Source of the DNA: an uncultured Holophagales bacterium
GTDB taxonomy: Bacteria; Acidobacteriota; Thermoanaerobaculia; Multivoradales; UBA5704
Assembly (NCBI GenBank): GCA_963842525.1
Contig: CAWJGT010000003.1
Location: 1,472,001-1,536,000, forward strand
Reading direction: 5' to 3'
Length of the DNA stretch: 64,000 nucleotides
The position numbers and the translations under genes are program-made. Shown here in pieces: positions 41,627 through 64,000 of this stretch. Numbering within the stretch: position 1 is the stretch's first letter; each line of letters starts with the position of its first letter. The notes beneath the pieces were generated by a model. The model made no database searches. It was not told the DNA's origin and saw only the letters and a list, made by a program, of their open reading frames with translations.

Positions 41627-44600
41627 GGCAGGTCCCCTTGCGCCTGGGTCAACATCGCCTCGATCTGGTCGTCCGGCAGCTCTGCGAGCTCCAGGGTCAG
41701 CTCGGCGGAGCGGGTCACGTGATCGCGCCGCGCAGGGTCGGCGAGGAGCGCCTCGGCCAGCGTCGCGATCGTCGACGCCTCGAAGATCTGGCGCAGCTCC
41801 AGGTCGACCTCCAGCTCGTCGCGGATGCGGCTGGCGACCTGGGTGGCGAGCAGCGAATGGCCGCCCAGCTCGAAGAAGTCGTCGAAGGCACCGACCTCGG
41901 GGACGCCCAGCACCTGCTGCCAAATCCCGGCGAGGACCCGCTCGACCGCGGTGCGGGGAGGCTGGTGCTCGCTGCTGCGGCGGAGCAGGGCGTGATCGGG
42001 GGCCGGCAGCGCCCGGCGGTCCACCTTGCCGCTCGCGAGCAGCGGCATCTCGTCGAGGAGGACGAACGCCGACGGGATCATGAAGTCGGGAAGCGCGGCG
42101 GCAAGAAAGGTCCGCAGCTCGACGGGCGCAGGCGGGGCGGCCTCCTCGGCAGTGAAGTAGGCCACCAGCCGGCGGACGCCGTTCGCCTCTTCCGGCGCGG
42201 TCACCACGGCCTCCCGCACGGCGGGGTGGCGCGCCAGGACCGCCTCGATCTCCTCCAGCTCCACACGGAAGCCGCGGATCTTTACCTGATGATCGGCGCG
42301 GCCGAGGAACTCGAGGTGTCCATCCGGCAGCCAGCGCGCCAGATCGCCGGTGCGGTAGAGGCGCTCGCCGGGAGCGGCGCCCTCGGGGACCGGGACGAAC
42401 GCCTCGGCCGTGAGCCCGGGGCTCCCCAGGTAGCAGCGGGCCAGCCCGGCGCCGCCGATGTAGATCTCCCCCGGCACGCCCGCCGGCACGGGCCGGCGGC
42501 TCCGGTCGAGGAGATGGACCCAGGTGCCGGGGAGCGGCTGGCCGATCGGCACCGTCTCCCAGGAGAGCGCTGCCGCTTCGCCACCGCGGGTGCGAAACAG
42601 GGCCGTTGTCACCGTGGCCTCGGTGGGGCCGTAGGAGGAGAGGAAGCCGGCGGAGCCCGCAACTCTCCCCGCCCAGGTGCGTAGGCGGGCCGTGGGCACG
42701 CTTTCGCCCCCGGTCAGGAAGAACCGCAGGCCGGCGGGCAGCGCGCTCCGTCGCTCCGCCACCTCTTCGACCCACTGCCGCCAGAGGGCTGCGGGCAGGT
42801 CGAGCACCGTCACGCCGTGGCGTTCGCAGAAGGCCAGGATCTCGCCGCTCCCCAGCTCCCGCGGGGCGGGATGGATGGCGAGGGAGCCACCGCAGGCGAG
42901 GACAGGGAAGATCTGCAGCACCGAGGCGTCGAAGCTGAGCGGCGCGAACAGCAGCAGGCGGTCGTCCGGTCCGAGCTTCACGGCGGCGGAGAGGCCGCGA
43001 ACGAAGTTGACCGCGCCGCGGTGCGTGGCGACCACCCCCTTGGCGGCTCCGGTCGAGCCCGAGGTGTAGATCACATAGGCGGCGCCGTCCGGCAGCGCGG
43101 ATGCCGGTCCCGGGGGGATCTCTCTGCCGGAACCCGCCGCGGCCTCGACCGCGAGGACCGGTGGCGTCGCCGTTTGCGGCCCGGTAACCGGCGCGGTGAA
43201 GGCGGAGATGAACCGCTCGTGGGTGATGAGGGCGGCGAGGCCGGCAGAGGCCGCAATCGTCTCCAGGCGTTCGCGCGGCCAGTCCGGGTCGAGCGGCACG
43301 TAGGCACCTCCGGCCTCGAGCACGCCAAGGAGGGCCGCGATGGCTTCGGCCGAGCGCTCCAGGCAGACGCCCACGCGCGACTCCGGCCCGATGCCGAGAT
43401 CGGCCAGGGTCCGGGCGAGGCGCGCCGCCCGCCGCGCGAGCTCGCCGTAGGTCAGGCTCCCGGCGTCGCTGACCACGGCCACGGCTTCGGGGCGGCGGGC
43501 CGCCTGCTCCTCGAAGAGCTGGTGCAGGCAGCTCTCCTCGGCAGGGTGCGGCCCGGTCCGGCGCCACAGGACCTGCTGCCGCTCCTCCTCATCGAGCAGC
43601 GGGAGGTCTGCCATCGGCGTATCGGGCGCGGCGGCCGCCGCGCCCAGCAGGTGTCCGAACAGCCGCAGCATGCGCGCGGCGGTCCCGGGCTCGAAGAGAT
43701 CGGCGCTGTAGTCGAGGGCGCAGAGGAGCTGGTCCCCCCGGTCGAGGCAGTCGAGAGTCAGGTCGAAGCGGGAGGCCGGGTTGCCGGAACCGAAGCTGCC
43801 CAGGGTGAGGCCCGGCAGCGGCTGCGCCTGCTGCGGCGGATACCGGAGCACGAGCATCACCTGGAAGACCGGTGCCCGGCTCATGTCCCGTTGCGGCTGC
43901 AGCTCGTCGACCAGCTTGTCGAACGGCAGATCCTGGTGGGCATAGGCCGCGAGAGAGGTGTCGCGCACCCGGGCGAGCAGGTCGCGGAAGCCTTGCCCGT
44001 CCACGAGGTCGACGCGCAGGGCCAGGGTGTTGGCGAACAGGCCGATCAGCTCTTCGAGCTCGGCGCGGCGGCGGCCGGCGATCGGCGTGCCCACCACGAC
44101 CGTGTCCTGAGAGGAGTAGCGGTGGAGCAGGAGCGCGAGCCCGGCGAGGAGGGTCATGAACGGCGTGCTTCCTGCCCGCCGGCCGAGGGCTCGCAGGGCG
44201 CCGGCCTCGGCGGCAGGGATCGACCGTCGCTCACGGCCGCCCCGGAAGCTCGGGACGGGAGGACGCGGCCGGTCGGTGGGCAGGTCGAGAGCCGGCGGCG
44301 CCCCCGCCAATTGCCGGCGCCAGAAGGCGATCTGCTCGTCCAGGACCTCGCCCTGCAGCCACTGGCGCTGCCACCAGGCAAAATCGGCGTACTGGAGGGG
44401 CAGCTCAGGCAGCCGCGGCGTCCGCCCCGTGGCGAAGGCGGCATAGAGCTCGGTCAGCTCGCGCGTCAGCACGTCGACCGACCAGCCGTCGCCGCTCACG
44501 TGATGGATCGTGAAGAGCAGGGCATGCTCCTCCTCGCCCAGCCGCAGCAGCCGGGCCCGGGTCACCGGAGGCCGCGAGAGATCGAACGGGCGCGCCGCCT

Positions 44601-47600
44601 CGGCGTCCGCCAGGGCGGTGGCCGCGGCTTCGCGGACCCCCGGGGCCAGAGCGGTGAGATCGATGACCGGCAGCGGCTCGGGCGCCGGGTGCGCGATCTC
44701 CTGCACCGGCCGGCCGCCGCGCCCCGGGAAGCTGGTGCGCAGCACCTCGTGGCGGCGGACTACCTCGGACAGGGCCCGCGCGAGCGCCGGCACGTCGAGC
44801 CGTCCGGCCAGGAGGAAGGAGAACGGCAGGTTGTAGGCCGCGCTCTCCGGGGCGAGCTGGTGGAGGAACCAGAGCCGCTGCTGGGCGAAGGAGAGCAGCA
44901 GCTCGCGGTCGCGCGGGATGGGGATGACCGGCGGCAGCTCCAGCCCTTCTCCCGCGTGGCGCACCGCCTCGATGCGCGCGGCGAGCCCCGCGAGCGTCGA
45001 CTGCTCGAACAGGGCTTGCAGCGGCAGCTCGACCCCGAAGGAGTCGCGCACCCGCGAGACGACGCGGGTGGCGAGGAGCGAGTGGCCGCCGAGGGCGAAG
45101 AAGTCGTCCTCGGCCCGCACCTTCTCGACCCGGAGCACCTCCTCCCAGATGCCGGCGAGCAGTTCCTCGACCGGGGTGCGCAGCGCGGCGCCGGCCGGCC
45201 GCGGAGCCGCCGGCTCCGGCGCGGGCAGGCGCGCCCGGTCGACCTTGCCGTGCGCGGTGCGCGGCAGGTCTTCGAGGACCGTGAGCGAGGAGGGCATCAT
45301 GGGCTCGGGGAGGCGCCCGGCCAGCCACGCCCGCAGCTCCGGGCCGGCAAGGCTCCGCCCCGGGTGTGGCACCAGGTAGGCCGCGAGCCGCCGGTCCCCC
45401 TCTTCATCGCGCACGGCCACCGCGGCCGCCGCCACGTCCGGGTGGCTCGCCAGCGCCGCCTCGATCTCGCCGAGCTCGATGCGGAAGCCGCGGACCTTGA
45501 CCTGGTCGTCGCGCCGCCCCAGGTATTCGAGGGTTCCGTCGGGGCGGCGCCGGGCGAGGTCGCCGCTGCGGTAGAGGCGCTCGCCGGGGGCCGTGGCGAA
45601 GGGGTGGGGCACGAACCGCTCGGCGGTCAGCGCGGGGCGGCGCAGGTAGCCGCGCGCCAGGCCGAGGCCGCCGATGTAGATCTCCCCCGTCACGCCGATG
45701 GGGACGGGGGCGCAGGCGGCGTCGAGCAGATGGATCCCGGTGTTGGCGATCGGCCGGCCGATGGGTACCGGTCCCGCGAGGGAGGAGCCCGGCGCCACCT
45801 CGTGGACCGCGCAGCCGACGACGGTCTCGGTCGGGCCGTACTCGTTGATCAGCCGTGTCCGGGGTGCGCGGTCGCGCCAGGGGGCCAAGCTCTCGCCCGC
45901 GAGGGCCTCGCCGCCCAGGATCAACACCCCAGTCGATCCGGCGAGCTTCAGCGCCGGAAGCTCGGGCGCCAGCGCCGCGAGGTGGGCGGGGGTGAGCTTC
46001 AAGAGGCTGAAGCCGCCGGGGCCGCGGAGGGCCTCGACCAGCGGCGCGAGCCCGCGCTCCTCACGCAGCAGAACGACGGTGCGGCCGGCGAGCAGGGGGG
46101 CGAAGAGGCTCGTCACCGTCAGGTCGAAGCCGAGCGGCGAGTGGACCGGCGCTCCCCGGCCCTCCGCCGCCCTGTAGGCCTGCACGGCCCAGGTGAGATA
46201 GTGGACGAGCCCGCGGTGCGGGACGACCACGCCCTTCGGCAGGCCGGTCGATCCCGAGGTGTAGATCACATAGGCCGGGTGCTCGGGGAGGACGGCGGGA
46301 GCCGGACCCCGCTCGGCTCCCCCGGCATCCTCCAAGAGGACCGGCGCGGCGCCCGAAGCGCCGGCCAGGGCGGAGAGGCGGGAGAGGAGCTTCTCCTGGG
46401 TGAGCACCAGGCGCGCCCCGGAGTCCGCCAGCAGGAAGGCGAGCCGCTCGTCCGGATAGGACGCATCGATCGGCACGTAGGCACCGCCGGCCTTGAGCAC
46501 CGCGAGCAACCCGACGAGCAGCTCCGGGGAACGCTCGGCGGCCACCGCGACGCTCACCTCCGGGCCGACACCGGCGGCGGCGAGGCGCCAGGCGAGCGCG
46601 TTGGCCCGCGCATCGAGCTCGCCGTAGGTGAGCTCGGTCCCCTTGCAGACCACCGCCGGGGCGTTGGGATGGCGCGCCGCCTGCTCGGCCAGGAGCTCGT
46701 GCAGGCACCGGTCCCCGGGCTGCTCCAGGCGGGTGTCGTTCCACTCCCACAGAAGCTGGGCGCGCTCGGCTTCCGAGAGGAGGGGCAGGGACGAGAGGCG
46801 CCGGTACGGGTCGGTGGCCGCCCCTTCGAGCAGCAGGAGGAGGCTCCCGAGGAGGCGCAGGGCCGTCGGCTCGTCGAACAGGTCGGCCGCGTACTCCAGA
46901 GAGCAGCCGATTCCGTCCGGCCCCTCCACGGCGCTCAGCGTCAGGTCGAACTTCGCGGCGCCGCTGTGGGCCTCTACCGGGCTCAGGGTGAGGCCGGGGA
47001 GCTCGAGCGCCGGCCGCGGGGTGTTCTGGAGCACGAACATCACCTGGAACAGCGGTGTATGGCTGAGGTTGCGCTCGGGCGCCAGCTCCTCGACCAGCTT
47101 CTCGAACGGCAGGTCCTGGTGGGCGTGGGCATCGAGCGCCCTCTTCCGGGCGCGGCCCAGGAGGTCGCGGAAGGTGGGGTCGCCCGTGAGGTCGGTGCGC
47201 AGGACCAGCGTGTTGATGAAGAGGCCGATCAGCCCCTCGGTCTCTACCCGGGTGCGGCCGGCGACCGGCGTGCCGAGGCTCAGATCCTCGCTGCCGGTGA
47301 CGCGGCCGAGCAGGGCCGCGAAGCCGGCGAGCACGGTCATGAACAGGGTGGCCCCCTCGCGGCGGCCGAGCGCCAGGAGGGCGCGCGACGGCCCGGCGCC
47401 GAGGGCCGCGCTCCGGACCGCGCCTCGCGGGCTGCGCACCGGCGGGCGGGACCGGTCCGTGGGGAGGTCGAGGACCGGCGGGGCTCCGGCCAGACGCTGG
47501 CGCCAATGGTCCATCTGGGCGTCCAGCACCTGGCCGGACAGCCACCGGCGCTGCCACGCGGCATGGTCCGCGTACTGGATCGGAAGCTCCGGGAGCGGCG

Positions 47601-50600
47601 ACGGGCGGCCGGCCGAAAACGCCTGGTAGAGGAGCCCCACCTCGCGAGCCAGAACGCCGCTCGACCAGCCGTCGCTCGCGATGTGGTGCATGGTCGAGAG
47701 CGCCAGGTGGTCCCGGGCTCCCAGCCGCAGGAGCGTGGCCCGCAGGAACGGGGCGCGTTCCAGGTCGAACGGCAGGCGGGCCTCATCCCGCGCCAGGCGG
47801 TACGCCTCGGGCTCGCGCACCGGCTCCGGGAGCCCGGCGAGGTCGACCAGCGGCAGCGGGATCCCCGCCGCGGGATGGATGCGCTGGACCGGCGCGCCGT
47901 CCCCGGCGGCGAAGGACGTGCGCAGCACCTCGTGGCGGCGCACGACCTCGGTCAGCACCCGCGCCAGGACCGGCGCCTCCAGGTCCCCCTGGAGCCGCAG
48001 CGCGGTGGGCACGTTGTAGGCCGGGTTGTGCGGCTCCCATTGGTGGAGGAACCAGAGCCTCTGCTGGGCGAAGGAGAGCGGCAGCTCGCGGTCGCGCGGG
48101 ATGGGGAGGATCGGCGGCAGCTCCAGCCTCTCCCCCGCTTGGAGAGCCGCCGCGATGCGCGCGGCGAGCCCGGCGAGCGTCGGCTGCTCGAACAAGGCCT
48201 GGAGGGGCAGCTCGACCCCGAAGGAGTCGCGCACCCGCGAGGTGACGCGGGTGGCGAGGAGCGAGTGGCCGCCGAGGGCGAAGAAGTCGTCCTCGGCCCG
48301 CACCCGCTCGACCCGGAGCACCTCCTCCCAGATACCGGCGAGCAGCTCCTCGACCGGAGTGCGCAGCGCGGCGCCGGCCGGCCGCGGGACCGCAGGCTCC
48401 GGCGCGGGCAGGGCCGTGCGGTCGATCTTGCCGTTGCGGGTCAACGGCAGGGCCGCGAGCTCCACGAAGACCGCGGGCACCATGTGCTGGGGGAGCCGCC
48501 GGCCGAGCTGCTCGCGCAGCTCCAGGGCATCGAGCTCCGAGCTGGCCGGAACCACGTAGGCCACCAGGCGCGGCTCTCCCCCATCCGCGCGGGACACGAC
48601 CACCGCCGCCTCGACCGCCGCGTTCTCGGCGAGAGCCGCTTCGATCTCCCCCAGCTCGATCCGGAAGCCACGCACCTTGACCTGGTGGTCCTGCCGTCCC
48701 AGGTACTCCAGGCTGCCGTCCGGCAGACTGCGCACCAGGTCGCCCGTGCGATAGAGACGGGCGCCGGGCTCGGCACCGAAGGGATCGGCCACGAACCTCT
48801 CCGCCGTCAGATCCGGCCGTCCCACATAGCCCCGGGCCAGACCCTCGCCTCCGATCCACAGCTCGCCCGGAACCCCCAACGGCTGCAGGGAATGGCCCTC
48901 CACCACGTAGACCTGTGTGGCCCGGACCGGCCGGCCGATCGGCACCGTGCGTCCGCCGGGGGCCACCCGCGCGAAGGTCGAATACGTCGTGTCCTCCGAC
49001 GGGCCGTAGAGGTTGTAGACCCGCTCCACGTGACCGGTCCGGTAGAGCTCGTCCACCAGCCAGCGCGGCAGCGCCTCGCCCGCCAGGTTCACCGTCCGCA
49101 CCGTCCGCGGCAGCCCCAGACGCAGCAGCTCCGCCATGGCCGACGGTACCGTGTTGACCAGCGTCACCGCCGCATCCAGACCCGGCAGGGCCAGGGCGTT
49201 GTCCGCCAGCACCACCGTGCCGCCGCGGCTCAGCGGGAGAAACAGCTCGTAGACGGACAGGTCGAACGAGACCGGCGTCGCCGCCAGGACCCGCGACAGC
49301 TCCTCCGGTCCGAACACCTCCTCGGCCCAGGCGAGCAGGATCGCCGCGCTGCCGTGGCGGATGCCGACCGCCTTCGGCCGGCCCGTCGAGCCCGAGGTGT
49401 AGATCAGGTAGGCCAGATGGTCCGGATCGACCCGGACCGTCCGCTCCGGCCCCCCCGCGGTCTCCTCGTCGTCTCCGTCGCTCTCCACCCGGCAGACCGG
49501 CACGGACCCGGGAAGAGCGGTCTCCAGCTCCGGCCGGCTGATCACCGCCACGGCCCGGGAGTCCTCCAGCATCAGGGCCAGCCGCTCCCGGGGATAGGCC
49601 GGGTCGAGCGGCAGGTAGGCGCCGCCCGCTTCGAGCACCGCCAGCAGCGCGACCACCAGCTCCGGCCGGCGCTCCAGGCAGACCCCCGCCACCGTCTCAG
49701 GCCCCACGCCCAGGCGGCGCAGCCGGCGGGCCAGGCGGCTCACCCGCCGGGCCAGCTCGCCGTAGCGGACCTGCTCACCGCCCCAGATCAAAGCCACGGC
49801 CTCCGGCCGGGCCGCAGCCTGCCGCGCGAACAGCTCGTGGATCAACAGTGCTCTCTCGGCCCCCACGCCCGTGTCGTTCCACTCCCGCGACAGCTGGTGG
49901 CGCTCCGCCTCGTTCAACAGGACCAGATCGCGCAGCGGACGGCCGAGGTTCGCGCAGGCCGCCTCCAGCAGAGCCGGGAAGTGACCCAGCAGACGGCCGG
50001 CCGTCGGAGCGTCGAACAGGTCGGCGTCGTACTCGAGGGCTCCGCCGAACCCTTCCTGGCGTGGCGCGAGCTCCAGCGTCAGGTCGAACTTGGCGGTGTG
50101 GAAGCCCACCGCCTCCGGTGTGAGGCGCAACCCGGGGAGGTCGACCCGCGGTGCCTCGTGGTCGAGCACCAGCATCACCTGGAAGAGCGGCGACCAGGCG
50201 AGGCTGCGCTGCGGCGCGAGCTCCTCGACCAGGCTCGCGAACGGTACGTCCTGGTGGGCATAGGCGTCGAGCGCCGCCGCGCGCGCCCGCCGCACGAGCG
50301 CGGGGAAGGTGGGGTCGCCGCCGAGGTCGCCCCGCAGCACGAGGGTATTGATGAAGAGGCCGATCATCCCCTCGGTTTCGCGGTGGCGCCGTCCGGCGAT
50401 CGGCGTGCCCACACAGACGTCGCTCTGTCCCGACCAGCGCGCGAGCAGAGCCTGGAAGGCGGCCAGGAGGACCATGAAGGGGGTCGCCTGATCCCTCCGC
50501 GCCAGGGCCCTGATCCCCGGCGCCAGCCCTCCGCCCAGGGAGAGCGGCAACCGCCCGCCGCGGCGGCGCGGCATCGCCGGCCGCGGCCGGTCGGTGGGCA

Positions 50601-53600
50601 GCGCCAGGACCGGCGCTCCGGCGAGCCGCTCCCGCCAGTGGGCGATCTCGGCCGCGAGAGTTGCGCCGGACAACCAGGAGCGCTGCCAGACGGCGTAGTC
50701 CGCGTACTGGATGGGCAACGGGGGGAGGTCGGCCGGGGTCCCGGCGAGGTCCGCCCGGTAGAGCGCCGACAGCTCTGCGACCAGGATGCCCATCGACCAG
50801 CCGTCGGTGACCACGTGGTGCAGGGCGAGGAGCAGCCGGTGCTCCTCGGGCGCCAGGTGCAGCAGCGCGGTCCTCAGCAGCGGCCCCGCGGCGAGATCGA
50901 ACGGCCGCCGCGCCTCCTCGGCGGCGAGCCTGCGGGCCTCGGCGGTGCGCACCGCGGTGGGCAGGCCGGCCAGGTCCACGACCGGCAACGGCCAGCTCTC
51001 CGGCGGCGGGGCGATCGCCTGGACCGGCGCGCCGGCGCTCTCCGGGAAGGTGGTGCGTAGCGCTTCGTGCCGGGCCACCAGCGCGGCCAGAGCGCGGGCC
51101 AAGCCGGCGGCCGACAGCGGCCCGTCGATCCGCAGAGCCTGCGTGAGGTTGTAGGCCGCGCTCCAGGGCTCGAGCTGATGCAGGAACCAGAGCCGCTGCT
51201 GGGCGAAGGAGAGGGGCGGCGGGGTGTCGCGCGCCATCGGGACCGGCGGCGGGGGCGTGGAGCTGCCGCCGCGCAGGGCCGTCTCGACCACCGCCGCGAA
51301 TCCGGAGACCGACGGCGCCTCGAAGAGCGAGCGCAACGGCACGTCGACCCCGAACACCGACCGGACGCGGGCGACCGCGCGGGTGGCGAGGAGCGAGTGC
51401 CCGCCGAGATCGAAGAAGCTGTCGTGGGCGTCGACGGCCTCGATGTCCAGGACCTCTGCCCAGATCGCGGCCAGGGCCTCCTCGACCGGCCCCCGGGGCG
51501 GCACCCGGGAGGCCCCTGCCTCCTGCCGCGCGCTTCCCAGATCGGGCAGGGCGCGGCGGTCGACCTTGCCATGCGGCGTGACCGGCAGCGCATCGAGGAT
51601 GACGAAGGCCGCAGGGAGCATGGGCTCGGGCAGCCAGGCGCGCAGGGAGGACCGGAGGCCGCCGGCGGTGAGGCCGGCAGCGCCCGCGCCGCGCGGAACC
51701 ACATAGGCCACCAGCCGGTCCTCCCGGAGCGCCACCACCGCCTCGCGCACCTGCGGATGCCGCGCGAGCGCCGCCTCGACCTCGCCAAGCTCGATGCGGT
51801 GGCCGCGGACCTTGACCTGATGGTCGGCGCGGCCCAGATACTCAAGCTCGCCGTCCGGCCGGTGGCGCGCCAGGTCGCCGGTGCGGTAGAGCCGGGCTCC
51901 GGTGCTCCCGGGGCCGCAGAAGGGGTCGGGGACGAAGCGCTCGGCCGTCAGCTCCGGACGGCCGAGATAGCCGCGCGCGAGCCCCGGCCCGCCGACGTGG
52001 ATCTCACCGGCGGCGCCGATCGGCACCGGCTCCAGGCGCGCGTCGAGCAGCCGCAGGCGCAGGTCCGGAATGGCGCGGCCGACCGGGCTCGAGCGGCCGT
52101 CGAGGTCGGCCGCCGACATCTCGCGCCAGGTCACGTGCACCGTGGTCTCGGTGATGCCGTACATGTTGACCAGGCGCGGCCGGTGGCCGCCATGACGGGA
52201 GAGCCAGGGGCCGAGGGTTGCGGGCTCCAGGGCCTCGCCCCCGAAGATCACCCAGCGCAGTGCGAGCCGGTCCGCCCCCTCCGGGCCGGAGACCTCCTCA
52301 TCGGCCCGCGCAAGCTGGCGGAAGGCCGAGGGGGTCTGGTTGAGCACGGTCACCCGCTCGCGGAGCAGCAGCCCGCGGAAGCTCTCCGGCGAGCGGCTCG
52401 TCCAATGGGGGACGACGACCAGCCGGCCGCCGTAGAGCAGGGCGCCCCAGATCTCCCAGACCGAGAAGTCGAAGGCGTAGGAGTGCAAAAGGGTCCAGGC
52501 GTCGCCTTCGCCGAAGCCGAATCGGCCGGCCGTGGCGGCGAACAGGCGCACGGCGTTGCCGTGGGTGACCAGGACCCCCTTGGGCCGGCCCGTCGAGCCC
52601 GAGGTGTAGATCACATAGGCCAGGTTGCCGGGGGAGGGCCCGGAGCCTGCGGCGGGCCCGCCGCCCGGGCTCTCCTCCCGCTCCACATCCTCGATGCGGA
52701 GGAGGCGTGCCGCGGTCTCGGGCACGGCGGTCTTCTCGTCGGTGATCAGGACCGGCGCGCCGCTGTCCTCCAGCAGAAACGAGATCCTGTCGGCGGGATA
52801 GAGCGGATCGATGGGAATGTAGGCCCCGCCGGCCTTGAGCACGGCCAGGAGGGCCGCCACCAGGCGGGGCGAGCGCTCCAGGCAGAGGGCGGCGGGGACA
52901 TCCGGCCCGACGCCGAGGGCGCGCAGCCGGGAGGCCAGCCGCTCGGCGCGGGCGTCGAGCTCGCGGTAGGTGAGCGCCTCCTCGCCGCAGGAGACGGCCA
53001 CGGCCTCCGGCCGCCGTGCGGCGACCGCCTCGAACAGGCGGTGCAGGCAGGTGGTGGAGCCGAATGACTCGCTCTCTCCCCATTCGAAGAGGAGCTGCTG
53101 CCGCTCCTCCGGAGTCAGGAGCGGCAGATCCTCCGGGCACCGCCGCGGGTCCTCGGCCATGGCCGCGAGCAGGGTCCGCAGATGCCCCAGCGTCCGCGCC
53201 GCACCGGCCGGATCGATGCGCGACCGGTCGTAGAGGGCGTGGAGCACGAGCGGCGCACCCGGGGCCACCACCAGGGTGAGCGGGTAGTTGGTGCGGCCGA
53301 CGCCGTGGAGCTCGCGGGTGCGCAGTTGCACCGCCGCGTGGCTCAGGGCCTCGGACATCTGGTTTTCGAACACCACGATCGTCTCGAAGAGCGGGCGGCC
53401 CGGAGGGATCTCGCTCCACGCCTGGATGCGGGCGAGCGGCGTGTGCTCGTGGTCGCGGGCTTCGGCCTGCCGCTCCTGGAGCTCGCGCAGCCAGGGGAGG
53501 AGCGGCTCCGCGAGCGGCGCCGCGGCCCGCACCGGCAGGGTGTTGATGAACAGCCCGACCATCGCTTCGGAGCCCGGCAGGGAGGCCGGACGTCCCGAGA

Positions 53601-54438
53601 CGGTGGTGCCGAAGAGCACGTCGCGCTGGCCGCTCCAGCGGGCCAGCAGGAGCGCCCATGCCGCCTGGACCATGGTGTTGAGGGTGAGCTGGTGCGTCCG
53701 TGCGAAACCCTGGAGGGCCGCGGCCCGGTCCGCCGGCAGCACGTCGCGGACCTCCGCCGCGGCGTCGGCATCCGCGGCCGACCGGCCGGCCGCGGGACCC
53801 GGGGCCGGCAGCGGGGTCGGATGGTGGAAGCCGGCGAGCTCGCGGCGCCAGAACGCCTCATCGCCGGAGGTGTCGCGGCTCTGCAGCCAGAGGAGAAACT
53901 CGCGGTAGGGCCGCGGCCGTTGTAGGCGCGGCGCCTGTCTGCGCTGCAGCGCCTCGTAGGCGATGGAAACATCGCGGAAGACGAAGGGCAGGCACCAGCC
54001 GTCGAGCAGGATGTGGTGGAAGCTGAGCACGAGTTGGTGGCTCTGCTCGCCGAGGCGGAAGAGCGCGAGGCGGAGGAGCGGCGCGCGGCCGAGCTCGAAG
54101 CCGCGGGACCTATCCTCGCGGAGATGGGCCGCGAGCCGCTCCCGTTGCGTGGCCGGGGAGAGCCCGCGCCAGTCGCCGCGGTGCCAGGAAGGCTCGACCC
54201 GGCGGTGGACCGCCTGCAGGGGCTTCGGCAGTCCCTCCCAGTGAAACGCGGTGCGCAGCACCGGATGGCGCTCGATCACCGACTCCCAGCCGCGCTCGTA
54301 CGCAGCCGTGTCCAGGTCCCCTTCGAGCACACAGGCGCGCTGCTCGTGGTACACCCCGGATCCCGGCGCGTAGAGGGTGTGGAAGAGCATCCCCTCCTGT
54401 ACCGGGGTGAGCTGCATAGAGATCTTCGAGCTTGTCCT

Positions 54439-54442
<4 letters not shown>
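41623..54442 (-). CDS. Four-module NRPS: C(DCL)-A(Thr)-T-C-A(Ala-type)-T-C-A(Asn-type)-T-C-A(unclear)-T; frameshift at about 54414
   Basis: ATG 54442 overlaps the upstream stop and reads MKDKLEDLY. Deleting one base joins it to LTPVQEGMLFH of ORF 41623..54417. A4/A5 motifs: FDFSVWE, FDLSVYE/SEDTTYS, FDLTVTS/LKLTP/ETVVGC, FDASVLQ/DLPAALW. Four GGHSL carriers. Confidence 0.93.
44858..45229. repeat. Direct repeat copy 1 (linker-T-start of C), near-identical to 48041-48412
   Basis: Both copies encode PAPEPAxPRPAGAALRTPVEELLAGIWEEVLRVExVRAEDDFFALGGHSLLATRVxSRVRDSFGVELPLQALFEQ...PIPRDRELxLSFAQQRLWFLHQ, with long identical nucleotide runs. Confidence 0.85.
48041..48412. repeat. Direct repeat copy 2 (linker-T-start of C), near-identical to 44858-45229
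   Basis: Same peptide and nucleotide runs as copy 1, offset by about 3183 bp (one module length). Confidence 0.85.

Positions 54443-64000
<9,558 letters not shown>

Noticed and set aside
41627-43567. N-terminal extension of the 3791-aa ORF
   Set aside because: It is an off-frame overlap with the upstream NRPS. The real start is the coupled ATG at 41626.

Overview
A very GC-rich bacterial window filled almost entirely by NRPS/PKS biosynthetic genes. The style resembles Acidobacteriota or myxobacterial megaclusters, but that taxonomy is inference only. There are three blocks. (1) Plus strand 1-8502: the 3' end of a hybrid NRPS-PKS (A-T-KS-AT-ACP), a DUF5916/CBM9-like outer-membrane protein and a sulfotransferase-SCP2 fusion. 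(2) Minus strand 28843-8447: a FAAL-ACP-C-FkbH-ACP starter enzyme translationally coupled to a glycosyltransferase-fused NRPS/PKS that is partly degenerate, followed by two nucleotidyltransferase-fold genes. (3) Minus strand 64000-30812: three coupled NRPS genes with two dehydrating-type (modAA) C domains, two E domains, embedded N- and FkbM-type methyltransferases and a terminal Cy-(A remnant)-T, then an MFS exporter. Between blocks 2 and 3 lie a secreted DUF3616-like gene and a scar region with a sensor-kinase/cupin relic, a 21-bp repeat array and a tiny group II intron RT relic. None of the three visible assembly-line ends has a thioesterase. Seven single-base frameshifts, mostly in G/C runs, look like sequencing errors. 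The best candidate for a new system is an assembly line for an acyl-glyceryl, glycosylated and possibly sulfated lipopeptide. All domain and substrate calls come from reading motifs by eye; no HMM search was run.
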